A stretch of DNA of 64,000 nt from a bacterium (GTDB lineage Bacteria > SAR324 > JACQKK01). The notes beneath the pieces were generated by a model that was not told where the DNA came from, ran no database searches, and saw only the letters and a list, made by a program, of their open reading frames with translations. Made by a program: the position numbers and the translations under genes. Each line of letters opens with the position of its first letter. Position 1 is the stretch's first letter. The stretch is from assembly GCA_965240465.1 (NCBI GenBank), contig OZ251219.1, forward strand, positions 704,001-768,000. Direction: 5' to 3'. Shown here in pieces: positions 48,509-58,575 of this stretch.

Positions 48509-49552
48509 TCAGAGGGAAAACTTGAGTTGGTTTTGGTGTAATTTGCGAGCCTCGCGGATGATATAAGCGAGCACATCAGGGGTAATTGCTTGACGAGGGT
48601 CATCCCCGATCCCTTTAAGGGGCTGGATATTTGTTTCTATTAGGAGGCCATCGGCCCCATAAGCGGTAGCTGCCATAGCCGAAAAAGGAACGTAGCTAGC
48701 GTGTCCGACTGAGTGACTGGGATCCACCACGATTGGTGCCCAGGTTTTTTCTTTTAGGATGGGCGTGATACATTCATCGGGGTGATTGCGATATCCTTCC
48801 AGAGCGGGGATTGTGCCTCTGGGGGTGAGGATCATATTGGAGCATCCTTGGGAGACGACATATTCTGCGGCTAGGATTAGTTCATCGGCTGTGCCCATGT
48901 GCATGGTACGCTTTAGGAGTACCGCGGAGTTTTTGGGGAAGGCTTTTTTTCCTACTTGCTTGAGTAGATTGTAATTAAGGGCATTGCGAGTGCCAATTTG
49001 TAATACATCTAGTTTGGCTGCCAATAATAAGTCCAGTTGTTCTACGTCCATTACTTCGGTGATGATAGGCAGCCCCGTGCGTTCTCGGGCTTCCAGCAAA
49101 ATATCCAGTGATTTGTGGTCGCCCTGGTAGGAATGAGGACTGGTTCGGGGCTTCCAGATACCTCCTCTGAGGACATCTCCCCCGGCTTCTTTGATGGCGT
49201 TGGCGGTTTCATAAAACAGGGAAGGATTTTTAGGGTCAATGGTGCAATGACCCGCAAACACTAAAAAATGTCCTTTTCCCAGAGGCTTACCTCCCACTGT
49301 GACCTGACCCTCTGCCAAAGCTGATCCTTTATCCATCAGGCGATAAGGGCTTTGAATTGTTTGCACTCGTTTTACAAAATCAAGTCCTTCTAGGCGTTTG
49401 AGCATCAGGTCATTGCGTTCATCGCCCTTGATAAGGTAAATATCTTGGGGTTCTCCAGAGACCTTTAGCAGGCTCACCTTGAATTCGTGGGCTACCTTAT
49501 AAAGCAATTTTTCTTGCTCATCGTTAAGCTTGGCTATTTTGGGAATAATCAT
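48509..49552 (-). CDS. 3-deoxy-7-phosphoheptulonate (DAHP) synthase, class I-beta
   Basis: RGGIWKPRTSP, QIGTRN, LLKR, VDPSHS, GADGLLIE. Confidence 0.88.
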   Translation of the reverse strand: MIIPKIAKLNDEQEKLLYKVAHEFKVSLLKVSGEPQDIYLIKGDERNDLMLKRLEGLDFVKRVQTIQSPYRLMDKGSALAEGQVTVGGKPLGKGHFLVFAGHCTIDPKNPSLFYETANAIKEAGGDVLRGGIWKPRTSPHSYQGDHKSLDILLEARERTGLPIITEVMDVEQLDLLLAAKLDVLQIGTRNALNYNLLKQVGKKAFPKNSAVLLKRTMHMGTADELILAAEYVVSQGCSNMILTPRGTIPALEGYRNHPDECITPILKEKTWAPIVVDPSHSVGHASYVPFSAMAATAYGADGLLIETNIQPLKGIGDDPRQAITPDVLAYIIREARKLHQNQLKFSL

Positions 49553-49688
49553 AGGTTGTTATGTACCTGAAAAAGCAAGCTATTGGCCTGAAATATTATT
49601 AGTGGATGCATAGGATCAAGCTGGTGAATAGAATAGATACCACTCTCAGCCTGATTTTTTCTAGTCAGAAGTAAAAAATCAAGGGAGA

Positions 49689-50336
49689 CTAGCTGGGTAT
49701 ACGGCTAAGCAAATGGCTAGCATATTTAGCCATCATGTCTACTTCTAGATTGAGTTTTTCCCCCAGTTTTTTGGTAGCCAAAGTAGTTTGCTGCTGAGTG
49801 TAGGGAGTAAGCATAAAGGAAAACCAGTACTCAGAAGTACTTTCTGGCAAGGATCCAATCGTAAGGCTGACTCCATCAACCGCGATGCTACCCTGAGGAA
49901 TCAAGTACCTAAACAGAGATTTTGGAACCGCAACCTTAAGCAGCAAAGAATCTCCTTCTGGGTGTTGTTGACGGAGTTCTCCGAGATTATCCACGTGTCC
50001 CTGTACCAAATGTCCGTGTAGTCGGTCATTCAAACAGAGCGGTCGCTCCAGATGAACTTTGTCGCCGGTAGTGAGCTCCGATAAATTAGTACGCCGCAAA
50101 GTTTCGGAACCCAAATCAAATTGTAATAGCAGTTCGCCAGCAGGGCTGGTTTCCCGATGAATGATGGTAAGGCAGACCCCTTGCACTGCCAAGCTATCGC
50201 CCAATTTGAATGACTCTAGACCCCATTCAGACCCGACAGATTTCACTGAAGGACACCCCACCCGCAGACATCCCTGCTGGGTATTAACCGAAAGAGATCT
50301 CACCACCCCCATTTTTTCTATAACACCGGTGAACAT
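49689..50336 (-). CDS. ribE: Riboflavin synthase alpha chain
   Basis: MFTGVIE, GVCLT, GHLVQGHVD, GSIAVDGVSLT, NLEVD. Confidence 0.96.
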   Translation of the reverse strand: MFTGVIEKMGVVRSLSVNTQQGCLRVGCPSVKSVGSEWGLESFKLGDSLAVQGVCLTIIHRETSPAGELLLQFDLGSETLRRTNLSELTTGDKVHLERPLCLNDRLHGHLVQGHVDNLGELRQQHPEGDSLLLKVAVPKSLFRYLIPQGSIAVDGVSLTIGSLPESTSEYWFSFMLTPYTQQQTTLATKKLGEKLNLEVDMMAKYASHLLSRIPS

Positions 50337-50423
50337 CGGTGATCTACTAATTCAGCCAACAAAACACGCACGGACCCTCTTTGTCTCCTTGGTGGCTTCG
50401 TCTCTTTGGTGGGCGATGCTAAA

Positions 50424-51200
50424 TTACAGCTTGAGGAAATCACTGTGATGCTGGGGTTTTTTCTGAAGGTCAATCAAGCGTTTAATGTCGCGGTCATCAT
50501 GATTGATTACCACACCCGCATCCACGATTCCACTTTTTAGCTCTGATTTGAGAAAGCGGGAATGATGAGGCACTTTGGAAGCATCTTCGCTCAGGGTTCC
50601 AATAGCAGTTTTAGAATTGAGATAATCGGCTTTTCCATTGCAGAGGCAAAAATAATCTTTGGCATCAGCAGGGACCTTAACTGGCCTATTTTTAATATCC
50701 CGATTCATTTTATCGGGATTGCCATGAATTACCTCCCGATAGAAGACCGTGCCCTTGATTCCCAAAGTAGCCGTAGGACCTTCCACTAGGTATCGCTGCC
50801 GAGTAGGGATTACCGCCAGTATGGCTCCGCGGGTTAAGGACAATATGCCCCGTTTTTTGCCATCAATATTAAAACGCATGTCCAAGGGTCCCTTCAGCTG
50901 GACGGTGGTATTATCAGACAAGCGGAGAAAGAGTTCTCCTGCTTCTTTAGAGGTAATGCGGACTCCGCTTTTAATGACAGAACCCTTACGCAATTTTTTG
51001 AGACCCGCCCGAAATACGCCCTTGATGGAGAGCACTTCTCCCTTACCGCCGCGGGGTTTGCGTCTTAAGAGGCTTTTCCACTCAATGGCTTGAGCCGCGG
51101 CACGATTGCCCCAGCAGGCTAGGCTGGCAAAAGCACTCAGAGCTAGCGTCTTTAGCCCCAAGGAAATCACTCGGCGACGCTTAAAATTTTGCTGAATCAT
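50424..51200 (-). CDS. FecR-domain-like exported protein with a twin-arginine-type leader
   Basis: KRRRVISLG leader, L.LSDNT.V.L, PTATLGIKGT.F. Confidence 0.6.
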   Translation of the reverse strand: MIQQNFKRRRVISLGLKTLALSAFASLACWGNRAAAQAIEWKSLLRRKPRGGKGEVLSIKGVFRAGLKKLRKGSVIKSGVRITSKEAGELFLRLSDNTTVQLKGPLDMRFNIDGKKRGILSLTRGAILAVIPTRQRYLVEGPTATLGIKGTVFYREVIHGNPDKMNRDIKNRPVKVPADAKDYFCLCNGKADYLNSKTAIGTLSEDASKVPHHSRFLKSELKSGIVDAGVVINHDDRDIKRLIDLQKKPQHHSDFLKL

Positions 51201-51471
51201 GCCAGACTGATTAGTTAATTTATTTTTTTGAGATGCTGTATTAATGGTTTTATTCCCTTTCGCAAGCGATGAAAAAAAATGTTCTCAGGAAACTTTTTTA
51301 CTCGGATGCCTGACACAAGTACAACAAGGTTAATTTTGGAAGATCAAAACCTACTCTATTTAATAGAGGCAAGCAATGCACGGCGCATGATAGCACTAAT
51401 ATTGCTATTAGGTAAATATTTTTTTAAGGGTGCTTTTTGCTTGCAAAAAAAGTATGGTTAGCAAGGATGAT

Positions 51472-51632
51472 GGCACTTATCACGATCTCAGTCTTTGGCA
51501 GGTATTTGAATGAATTTGCTTTTAGGCTGCATAAGTTTATGGTGAAGTGATGTGTGTGTGGAATAGTGCGTGCGTGGGACGTATTTATCGCCTGTGGTTG
51601 TTGGCAAGAGTTTAATTCATAGATGACTTATT
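51472..51632 (+). mobile_element. Degraded IS1595-family transposase C-terminal remnant
   Basis: GTYHDLS (51472), GRYLNEFAFRL (51497) and GKSLIHR*LI (51603) lie in three different frames, in the order of the IS1595 C-terminal motifs GTYH..S..HL.RYL.EF.FR.N and GKRLTY..LI. Confidence 0.6.
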
Positions 51633-52237
51633 TGCCAATGGAAACCAATAGCAAATTATCTCAAGGGGGGTTAAGTTGCGGCCATGGTAGCGTATTTCCC
51701 CCGCTTCCCCAAAAAAGATTCCCCATTATTTATGCAGATCCTCCCTGGGACTATAAAGGGCAGTTGCAACATGCAGGAAAAGGTAATGGAGACTCTGGAG
51801 GGGCAGTAAAACATTATCCCACGGTGACAGTTAAGGACTTAATGAAGCTAGCGGTTAATGAAATAGCCACCGATGATAGTTTGCTTTTTATGTGGTCAAC
51901 TTCTCCTCACTTAGACCAAGCAATAGATTTGGGACGGGCTTGGGGATTTCGGTGGGCCACGGTTGCTTTTGTTTGGAATAAGCTAAAAACTAACCCGGGT
52001 TTTTACACCCTCTCTCAATGTGAATTGTGTCTGGTTATGAAAAGAGGTAAGATTCCCCACCCCCGAGGTGCTAGGGACGTCCGACAACTAATTGAAGTGA
52101 AGAGGAACGGTCATAGTGAAAAACCCCAAGAGGCAAAGATAAGGATTGAGAACATGTTTCCCTCCCTTAAAAAAATTGAGCTTTTTGCCCGCAGCATTAG
52201 CGGTAAGAATTGGCATCACTGGGGTTTGGTTCAATGA
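51623..52237 (+). CDS. MT-A70 family N6-adenine methyltransferase (orphan)
   Basis: IIYADPPW, HYPTV, LFMW, AWGF, HSEKP, KIELFAR, WG. Start may be 51638. Confidence 0.9.
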   Translation: MTYLPMETNSKLSQGGLSCGHGSVFPPLPQKRFPIIYADPPWDYKGQLQHAGKGNGDSGGAVKHYPTVTVKDLMKLAVNEIATDDSLLFMWSTSPHLDQAIDLGRAWGFRWATVAFVWNKLKTNPGFYTLSQCELCLVMKRGKIPHPRGARDVRQLIEVKRNGHSEKPQEAKIRIENMFPSLKKIELFARSISGKNWHHWGLVQ

Positions 52238-52388
52238 GAGAACGCCAATGAGAGAACGCACGAGAGAACACCAATTAGAGAACATCCTGAGGAAAAAGCG
52301 ACCGAATGTCTCAAAAATAGCTGCATCCTCAATGCTTGGTTTCATCAGCTAGATCCCCTCCTGCCACTCTTGGTATGAGGGGGGCGGA

Positions 52389-53261
52389 TTACTCGGGGGA
52401 TTTTTCAGAGGATTTCTCGGGGGATTTTTCTTTTTCAAGTTCTTTCACTTGGACGGTGTCAGGTTCTTCTTTTTCTACCTGAGGAGGTTCAGGTTCTTTC
52501 ACTTGGGCGGTGTCAGGTTCTTCTTTTTCTACCTGAGGAGGTTCAGGTTCTTTCACTTGGGCGGTGTCAGGTTCTTCTTTTTCTACCTGAGGAGGTTCAG
52601 GTTCTTTCACTTGGGTGGTGTCAGGCTCTTCTTTTTCTACCTGAGGAGGTTCAGGTTCTTTCACTTGGGTGGTGAAAGGTTCTTTCTTGAGTAGCTCTGG
52701 AGGGCTAGATTTACCGCCCTTTCCTTTGGCAAGCACCATGGATAGGGTACGGCGTTCTAGTTTTATTTCGCCTTCCACTGTGGCGATTTCTTCCATTTCA
52801 TGGGCAAAGCGTTCCATCAATTGTTCGCCCAGTTCGCGGTGAGTTACTTCACGTCCCCTAAATTGGACGGTGATCTTTACCTTGTCGCCTTGCTCAATGA
52901 AATGCATGGCGTGCTTGACCTTGAATTGCAGGTCGTGTTCCTCGATTTTAGGGCGGAGCTTAATTTCCTTCAGGTGGACTATTTTTTGATTTTTTTTGGC
53001 TTCGTGCTGACGCTTGCTGATCTGATATTTGAACTGTCCATAATCCATAACCCGACAAACAGGAGGATTAGCTTTGGAATCTACCTCCACCAGGTCCAAG
53101 CCAGCATTTTCTGCCAGACGCAGTGCTGAGGAAGTATCCATGGCTCCCAGCTGCTCTCCATCAGAGCTGATAACAAACACTTCAGGACTACAGATGTCTT
53201 TGTTAACCCGGTTGCGGGGTTCCTTTACCCGGGTATGAAACTGGCGAGGGGAGTATGCGAT
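52389..53261 (-). CDS. infC: Translation initiation factor IF-3 with a long repetitive acidic C-terminal tail
   Basis: GEQLG, LDLVEV..A.PPVCRVMDYG, KEIKLRPKI, GDKVKITV.FRGRE. Start inferred at ATC 53261. Confidence 0.93.
   Translation of the reverse strand: MAYSPRQFHTRVKEPRNRVNKDICSPEVFVISSDGEQLGAMDTSSALRLAENAGLDLVEVDSKANPPVCRVMDYGQFKYQISKRQHEAKKNQKIVHLKEIKLRPKIEEHDLQFKVKHAMHFIEQGDKVKITVQFRGREVTHRELGEQLMERFAHEMEEIATVEGEIKLERRTLSMVLAKGKGGKSSPPELLKKEPFTTQVKEPEPPQVEKEEPDTTQVKEPEPPQVEKEEPDTAQVKEPEPPQVEKEEPDTAQVKEPEPPQVEKEEPDTVQVKELEKEKSPEKSSEKSPE
52441..52672. repeat. 54-bp (18-aa) in-frame tandem repeat x4 in the infC tail
   Basis: Encodes QVKEPEPPQVEKEEPDT(T/A/V). Confidence 0.95.
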
Positions 53262-53375
53262 AGCGAAAATATCCTGGAGCTGAGATCTTAAAAAGAAGCA
53301 AGCGCGACATGTCCCCAAGTGCGACATGCCCATGTGTCAGAAAGTATCAAATATTGGGTAGGAATGTCAACTGTA

Positions 53376-54695
53376 TTAAGTAATTTTATGAGGTATCACC
53401 GAGCGAGCCCGCATGATTTCATGGAGTACTTGGGGGTGAGTTTCTAGGTTTGCCATACGCTTTAACCAGCGAGCTGCCAATTTACTCTGGCTTTGCCCCA
53501 GTGCCCAGACAGCTGCTCCTCGGATAAGGGGTTCTGACTCACTGAGTAAGAGACGGCAGAGGGTTCTCAGGGCTTGGAGAGGGGCATGGAATTCGTTTTT
53601 TTGTAGTTGATTACCCAGGGCTATGGCAGCATTACGGAGTAGTCCTCGTCTTTTTGGTCGTGCCAGTGGTGTTTGGGAGAACCTTTGCTGCCACTGAGAC
53701 TCATCTTCTGCTAGCAATTCCAGCAAATTTGGTTGGTCCTGAGAGGCAAGAGGCAGAAAATCGGGTTCAGTGGTGGTAGTGAAAGTATTATTCCAGGGAC
53801 AAACTTGCTGACAAATATCACATCCAAAGATCCAGCTATCCATAGCGGATCTCAGGTGTATGGGTAGCGGTCCTTTGTGTTCAATGGTGAGATATGAAAT
53901 ACAACGAGTAGCATCCAGGGTGCCAGAGTCGCTCAGGGCTTGAGTGGGACAGGCATCCAGGCAGGCACGACAACTACCGCAGCTATTGGCGATTGGGAGT
54001 TCTTGCATAAATTTAGCTACTGGATAATTTGGGTTCGCACTGCGGGTTAATTTTTTTACTCTGGGGAGCTGTTTCTTTGATGGCTGGTTTTTCAGGTGAT
54101 CGGGTACTGGGCAGTTGAGTAGCAATTCCGCTAAGAACCACCAGGAGCCATGGCGGTGATTGATGAGCATGGTATTTTTTCCGATCCAACCGAGTCCTGC
54201 CCTCACAGCCCATTCGCGTTCTAGCAAGGGTTTAGAGTCCACGCAAGCGACATAACGCAGTGGCGTAGCTGGTAGCAGGGAGGAGTTGGATTGTCGTTGT
54301 AGCCAGACTGCTAATTGTTCCAGCTTGTTGCCGAGGATTTGGTGATAGTCTTTTTGGTGAGCATAACGAGAAACCTGTCCGCACCCGTTTTTTTTATCAG
54401 TAGACATATGATGCCCATAGGGGTGAGCTAGTACCAGTATGGATCTTGCCCAAGGAGCAAAATGGAGGAGGTTTTTTTTCAGGTAGCTGTGCCGATGCAA
54501 ATATTGCATGCCTGCAGCATAGCCTTGTTTCAGCCAAGCCTGATAAAATTCATGGGTGCCGCTGGAGGCAACCTTCAGCCATCCTATTTCGGCAAATCCC
54601 AGTGTTTCTGTTTTTTGTTTAAGTTGCTCCCAGCTGATCTCTGCTAGGGAGGAATTCGCAGCAGGCTCGGGAGGACACATGATATTCATCATCAA
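53376..54695 (-). CDS. queG: tRNA epoxyqueuosine reductase
   Basis: SRYA..DYH, AGLGWIGKN, CGSCRACLDACPT, RCISYLTIE, FGCDICQQVCPWN. Confidence 0.95.
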   Translation of the reverse strand: MMMNIMCPPEPAANSSLAEISWEQLKQKTETLGFAEIGWLKVASSGTHEFYQAWLKQGYAAGMQYLHRHSYLKKNLLHFAPWARSILVLAHPYGHHMSTDKKNGCGQVSRYAHQKDYHQILGNKLEQLAVWLQRQSNSSLLPATPLRYVACVDSKPLLEREWAVRAGLGWIGKNTMLINHRHGSWWFLAELLLNCPVPDHLKNQPSKKQLPRVKKLTRSANPNYPVAKFMQELPIANSCGSCRACLDACPTQALSDSGTLDATRCISYLTIEHKGPLPIHLRSAMDSWIFGCDICQQVCPWNNTFTTTTEPDFLPLASQDQPNLLELLAEDESQWQQRFSQTPLARPKRRGLLRNAAIALGNQLQKNEFHAPLQALRTLCRLLLSESEPLIRGAAVWALGQSQSKLAARWLKRMANLETHPQVLHEIMRARSVIPHKIT

Positions 54696-54700
54696 TTATT

Positions 54701-54800
54701 CTAGTCATGGCTTTCCTTAGTCATGGCTCTCCTTAGTCATGGCTCTCCTTAGTCATGGCTCTCCTTAGTCATGGCTTTCCTTAGTCATGGCTTTCCTTAG
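54701..54800. repeat. 16-bp tandem repeat x6 copying the ferredoxin stop-codon end
   Basis: ttagtcatggct(t/c)tcc units at 54701-54796. The last is the gene's own terminus. Confidence 0.95.
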
Positions 54801-55206
54801 CCAAGTTCCTGTTCCAGGAGGGTATTTTCACTACCAGATCCTCACTGCCATTGGCTATGCATTGGCATGCCAAGCGGGATTTCATGGTCAGCCCAGGGGC
54901 TTCGTCCAGCATTTCGTCTTCTTCATCGGAAATTTCATTGCAACTATCATATCCAGATTCAATTATTACGTGACAGGTAGAACAGGCTGCAAATCCGCCA
55001 CAGGCGTGATCAATGTCAATCCCGTTTTTCATAGCCCAATCCAGCACCGATCCTGGTAGACCTTCATGGTGCTCGTTATCATCCGCGACCGGTCCAGCTG
55101 CTACGGTTTTATCCAGCGGCGAAAAGGTGAGCTTGAAATCCTGACGAGGACCTTCCACCTGAGCGTTCAAACGAGATAATGAACGGGATTTACTAACTTC
55201 TGACAT
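54781..55206 (-). CDS. fdx: 2Fe-2S ferredoxin (ISC/adrenodoxin type)
   Basis: HACGGFAACSTCHV, EDEMLD, SRLACQ. Confidence 0.92.
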   Translation of the reverse strand: MSEVSKSRSLSRLNAQVEGPRQDFKLTFSPLDKTVAAGPVADDNEHHEGLPGSVLDWAMKNGIDIDHACGGFAACSTCHVIIESGYDSCNEISDEEDEMLDEAPGLTMKSRLACQCIANGSEDLVVKIPSWNRNLAKESHD

Positions 55207-55311
55207 AATGGAAATAACCTGCGGTGAACTAATAAGAAATGCTTACTCTACCAATCTATCATAACCATGAGCAATCATCAGGCGGACTGTCAATGTGAAA
55301 TACAAACACCT

Positions 55312-55758
55312 CTAGCCGAATACCAGCATCAAGATTCCGCCCAGGCTAAGTAGCAACCACAAGGGATACAAATTGGCAAGGGCACGCTTCTCTAATAGCA
55401 TGGTCAGGAACAAAACGGCAATAGATGTCGGGGCTAGCCAGTAGCGAGGCGAGAAAGATAGTAGCAATATTGGCCAGCCGATAGCGAATCCGAGTTCCAG
55501 ACAAAGGGTACGCACCCCAAAGGATACCTTGCAATAACGGCAACGACCTCTCAAATAAAGCCAAGCGAGTAGGGGTATATTATCAAACCAGGGGAGTTGT
55601 TTTTCGCATGCCAAGCAATGAGAATGAAGAGGATAAAACCAACTGATGGGCTTATCAGCAATGGTAGCTCGGGCTAGGGTCGGGCCTTGGTATCTAGGGC
55701 TGCGATCCAGGCATTGATTAAGAAAACTTCCCCAGCAGGCACCTATAATAGCCACCAA
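55312..55758 (-). CDS. Prepilin peptidase N-terminal (Zn-binding) domain only
   Basis: GSFLN, SHCLAC, WFDNIPLLAWLYLRGRCRYC. A24 peptidase C-terminal domain absent. Confidence 0.7.
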   Translation of the reverse strand: MVAIIGACWGSFLNQCLDRSPRYQGPTLARATIADKPISWFYPLHSHCLACEKQLPWFDNIPLLAWLYLRGRCRYCKVSFGVRTLCLELGFAIGWPILLLSFSPRYWLAPTSIAVLFLTMLLEKRALANLYPLWLLLSLGGILMLVFG

Positions 55759-55937
55759 TAAGGGGTTTTTGATGAGAATATCTATGATGCATTCCTAAAG
55801 GGAGGGGGGAGAGGGGAGTATTATTCAATTCTGCCGATATGCTTACAGAATTTAATCAATATGGTTTTTGGTACTTAAAGCATCGGGTATATTATAAGGT
55901 GTTATTGTTTTAATAGCTTTGTATAGGGAAAATTTTA

Positions 55938-56327
55938 GTGTCTATTTTCAATCAAATCATTCAAAGGGAGGTTTCCGCGGAAATCGTACAAGAGAACGAG
56001 CAGATTATATCTTTTATGGATATTTACCCCAAGGGCATCGGACATACCCTAGTGGTACCCAAGCGGGAATGCCCTAATTTTGATGAACTTCAGCTAGCAG
56101 AGATTCATAGCCTGATAGAAGTGGTGTCTTTGGTGGCTAAGGCTCAGCAACGAGCTTTTGGCAATAGTGATTACAATTTAATTCTCAACAATGGAGCTTT
56201 GGCGAGTCAGCAAGTTTTTCACGTTCATATGCATGTGATTCCGCGTTATAAGGAGGGTCAGGCACCTTCTGGAGATATTGTTACTTTGGCAAAGCAGTTA
56301 CGCCAAGCAATCATCGCTGCCGAGTAG
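55938..56327 (+). CDS. HIT family nucleotide hydrolase
   Basis: SIF..II, FMDIYP...GHTLVVPK, QQVFHVHMHVIPR. Confidence 0.93.
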   Translation: MSIFNQIIQREVSAEIVQENEQIISFMDIYPKGIGHTLVVPKRECPNFDELQLAEIHSLIEVVSLVAKAQQRAFGNSDYNLILNNGALASQQVFHVHMHVIPRYKEGQAPSGDIVTLAKQLRQAIIAAE

Positions 56328-56520
56328 CTGGGGGCAGATTTGATGCAGAGGCAAGTTCTATCCAGAGGCAGATATTAGCTGGGGGCAGATTTGATGCAGA
56401 GGCAAGTTCTATCCAGAGACAGATTTGATGCAGAGGCAGGTTCTATCCAGAGGCAAGTTTTATCCAGAGGCAAGTTTTATCCAGAGGCAAGTTTTATCCA
56501 GAGGCAAGTTTTATCCAGAG
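56325..56520. repeat. Composite tandem repeat between convergent HIT and aminotransferase genes, containing both stop-codon ends
   Basis: 17-bp gcaagttttatccagag units, plus tagctgggggcagatttgatgcagag twice. Confidence 0.9.
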
Positions 56521-57764
56521 GATTGCAAGGTGGTTTTGATGGATTCCACCACATAGTCCAAGTTTTCAGAAGTCAGTGCAGAGACATTAATTCTTCCGCT
56601 GTCTAGGAAGTACACTCCAAAGCGTTTACGCAAGGTGAGGGCGTGTTCAGGGGATAAGTTGGTGAGGGCGAACATACCCCTTTGGCGAATAATGGGAGAG
56701 AAGTCAATCTCTGAAATGGAAGAGAGGCGTTTTGCAAACAAGCCCCGCATTTTTTGAATTCGCAGCCGCATTTGGACGATTTCTGCTTCCCACTGGGTTT
56801 TTATCTTTGGGGTGTCCAGCAACAAGAGAGCGACTTGTCCTCCATGGGAGGGGGGATTGGAATAAAGAGCTCGGGCGTGAAATTTGGCTTGGCTGAGAAC
56901 CAGTCGGGCTTGCTTGGCATTCTGGCATACGATGACCAAAGCTCCAGTTCGTTCTCGGTAGATACCCATGGTTTTAGATAAGGTATAAGTGATTACAAAG
57001 TCTTGTCCGCTTTCGGCAAATATCTTAATGGCTTGCACATCTGCTACCATGCCATCACCGAAGCCTTGGTAGGCACAGTCCAACACCGCTAGGGCTCCTG
57101 TTTTAGCTAATACAGTGGTTATTCTCCGCCAGGTATCGGCGGTCATATCGATTCCGCTGGGGTTGTGGCAACAAACCTGTAGTACCACCACATCTCCCCG
57201 AGATACCTTTTGCAACTGGGCGAGCATCTCTTCTTCCCGCAGGCTGTAGGTAGATGAGTCCAGATATGGATAGTATTCCACCTTCATTCTCGCAGCTTGG
57301 AACAAACCCTTATGTCCCACCCAGCTGGGAGTACTCAGCCAGACGGTCTGGCTACCTAAGGTACGGGCTGATAAATCTGCCAACAAACGTAATGCCCCTA
57401 CTCCCCCAGTCGTGTGAAGAGATACCACCCGCTGGCTATCCAGCAGAGGATGCTCTGCTCCCAACAGAAGTTCTTGCACGTGCCGACCGTAACGGGCTTC
57501 TCCCTCAATACTTAAGTAAGACTTAGAGGTCTCTTGCTCTAGTAGCAAGGCTTCGGCTTGTTTAACGCTTTTTGGCACCGAATTAACACCAGTATCATCG
57601 GTGTATACTCCCGCGCAGAGGGTTATTTTTTCGGGACGGGGGTCGGCTCTGTATTGCTCCAGCAAACTAAAGATAGGATCCTGAGGTGCCGCAATATCAA
57701 TGGCCGATAATGGATGATTCAGATGGGCTAAAGAAACTCTGGAATCTTGATTTTGGTTCGGCAT
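56511..57764 (-). CDS. Aspartate/aromatic amino acid aminotransferase (AspC/TyrB family)
   Basis: GVY, GGVGALR, CCHNPSGID, DCAYQGFG, SKTMGIYRERTG, YSNPP, GRINV. Confidence 0.93.
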   Translation of the reverse strand: MPNQNQDSRVSLAHLNHPLSAIDIAAPQDPIFSLLEQYRADPRPEKITLCAGVYTDDTGVNSVPKSVKQAEALLLEQETSKSYLSIEGEARYGRHVQELLLGAEHPLLDSQRVVSLHTTGGVGALRLLADLSARTLGSQTVWLSTPSWVGHKGLFQAARMKVEYYPYLDSSTYSLREEEMLAQLQKVSRGDVVVLQVCCHNPSGIDMTADTWRRITTVLAKTGALAVLDCAYQGFGDGMVADVQAIKIFAESGQDFVITYTLSKTMGIYRERTGALVIVCQNAKQARLVLSQAKFHARALYSNPPSHGGQVALLLLDTPKIKTQWEAEIVQMRLRIQKMRGLFAKRLSSISEIDFSPIIRQRGMFALTNLSPEHALTLRKRFGVYFLDSGRINVSALTSENLDYVVESIKTTLQSSG

Positions 57765-57873
57765 GGATTGTCCCTGGATTGATAAATTGGTACGGGGTTT
57801 GAGAAATGTATCTGAGAAATATATCTAAGAGCTGGTCGGTAGCTTTTTAAGGCTGAGAGCTAAGTTTGTGGAG

Positions 57874-58575
57874 TCATCCACGTAACTCTATCACTTTATC
57901 ACCATAACCCATAAGCAATAGTTGTGTCATGTTGCAGAATAATCCCGTTTCCAGGACTCCCATTATGGAACGCAGTTGGGCTTCGGTTTGGCTGGGAAAG
58001 GGAATGCTACCTCCCCAATTGCAATCCAGGATATAACCTCCATTATCGGTGAGCCAAGGCTGGCTACCGCGGTAGCGTAACTGAGGTTGACATCCCAATT
58101 TTTTCAAGCGTTCAGCCGTTTGCTGCCAGCCAAATGTGGCTACCTCTAAGGGTAGCAAACCCACTCCCAGTTGTTTGACCTGCTTACTGGAATCGGCAAC
58201 AATCACCAACTTATGAGAAGCCGCCGCCACCATTTTTTCCCTTAACAAGGCACCACCACCACCCTTGATTAAATTTAACTGAGGATCAAACTCATCCGTG
58301 CCATCCAAAGTGAGGTCAATTCCGCCAGCCCAAAATGCCTCTTCCATGCTCATCAGCGGAATGTTTAACTCCCCCGCCAACCGAGTAGTCTCCAAAGATG
58401 TGGAAACTCCTCGCACCCGCAACCCCCCCTCAATACGTCTCCCGAGTGCCATCAGCACTCGGGCAACCGTGCTACCACTACCCAATCCCAGTATCATGCC
58501 ATCTTCTGCTAGCTCGGCTGCTCTTTGGGCAGCCAGGGTTTTTTCCTTATCCAGCTGAGGATTGGTCTTAGTCAT
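57874..58575 (-). CDS. rpiA: Ribose-5-phosphate isomerase A
   Basis: GLGSGST, DGTDE, LIKGGGGALLREK, TDNG. Start moved to ATG 58575. Confidence 0.96.
   Translation of the reverse strand: MTKTNPQLDKEKTLAAQRAAELAEDGMILGLGSGSTVARVLMALGRRIEGGLRVRGVSTSLETTRLAGELNIPLMSMEEAFWAGGIDLTLDGTDEFDPQLNLIKGGGGALLREKMVAAASHKLVIVADSSKQVKQLGVGLLPLEVATFGWQQTAERLKKLGCQPQLRYRGSQPWLTDNGGYILDCNWGGSIPFPSQTEAQLRSIMGVLETGLFCNMTQLLLMGYGDKVIELRG

Noticed and set aside
51279-51461. 60-aa ORF upstream of the IS remnant
   Set aside because: No recognisable motif or clear RBS; cannot be supported.
52449-52694. Repetitive Phe/Arg-rich ORF on the + strand
   Set aside because: Antisense shadow of the infC 54-bp repeats.
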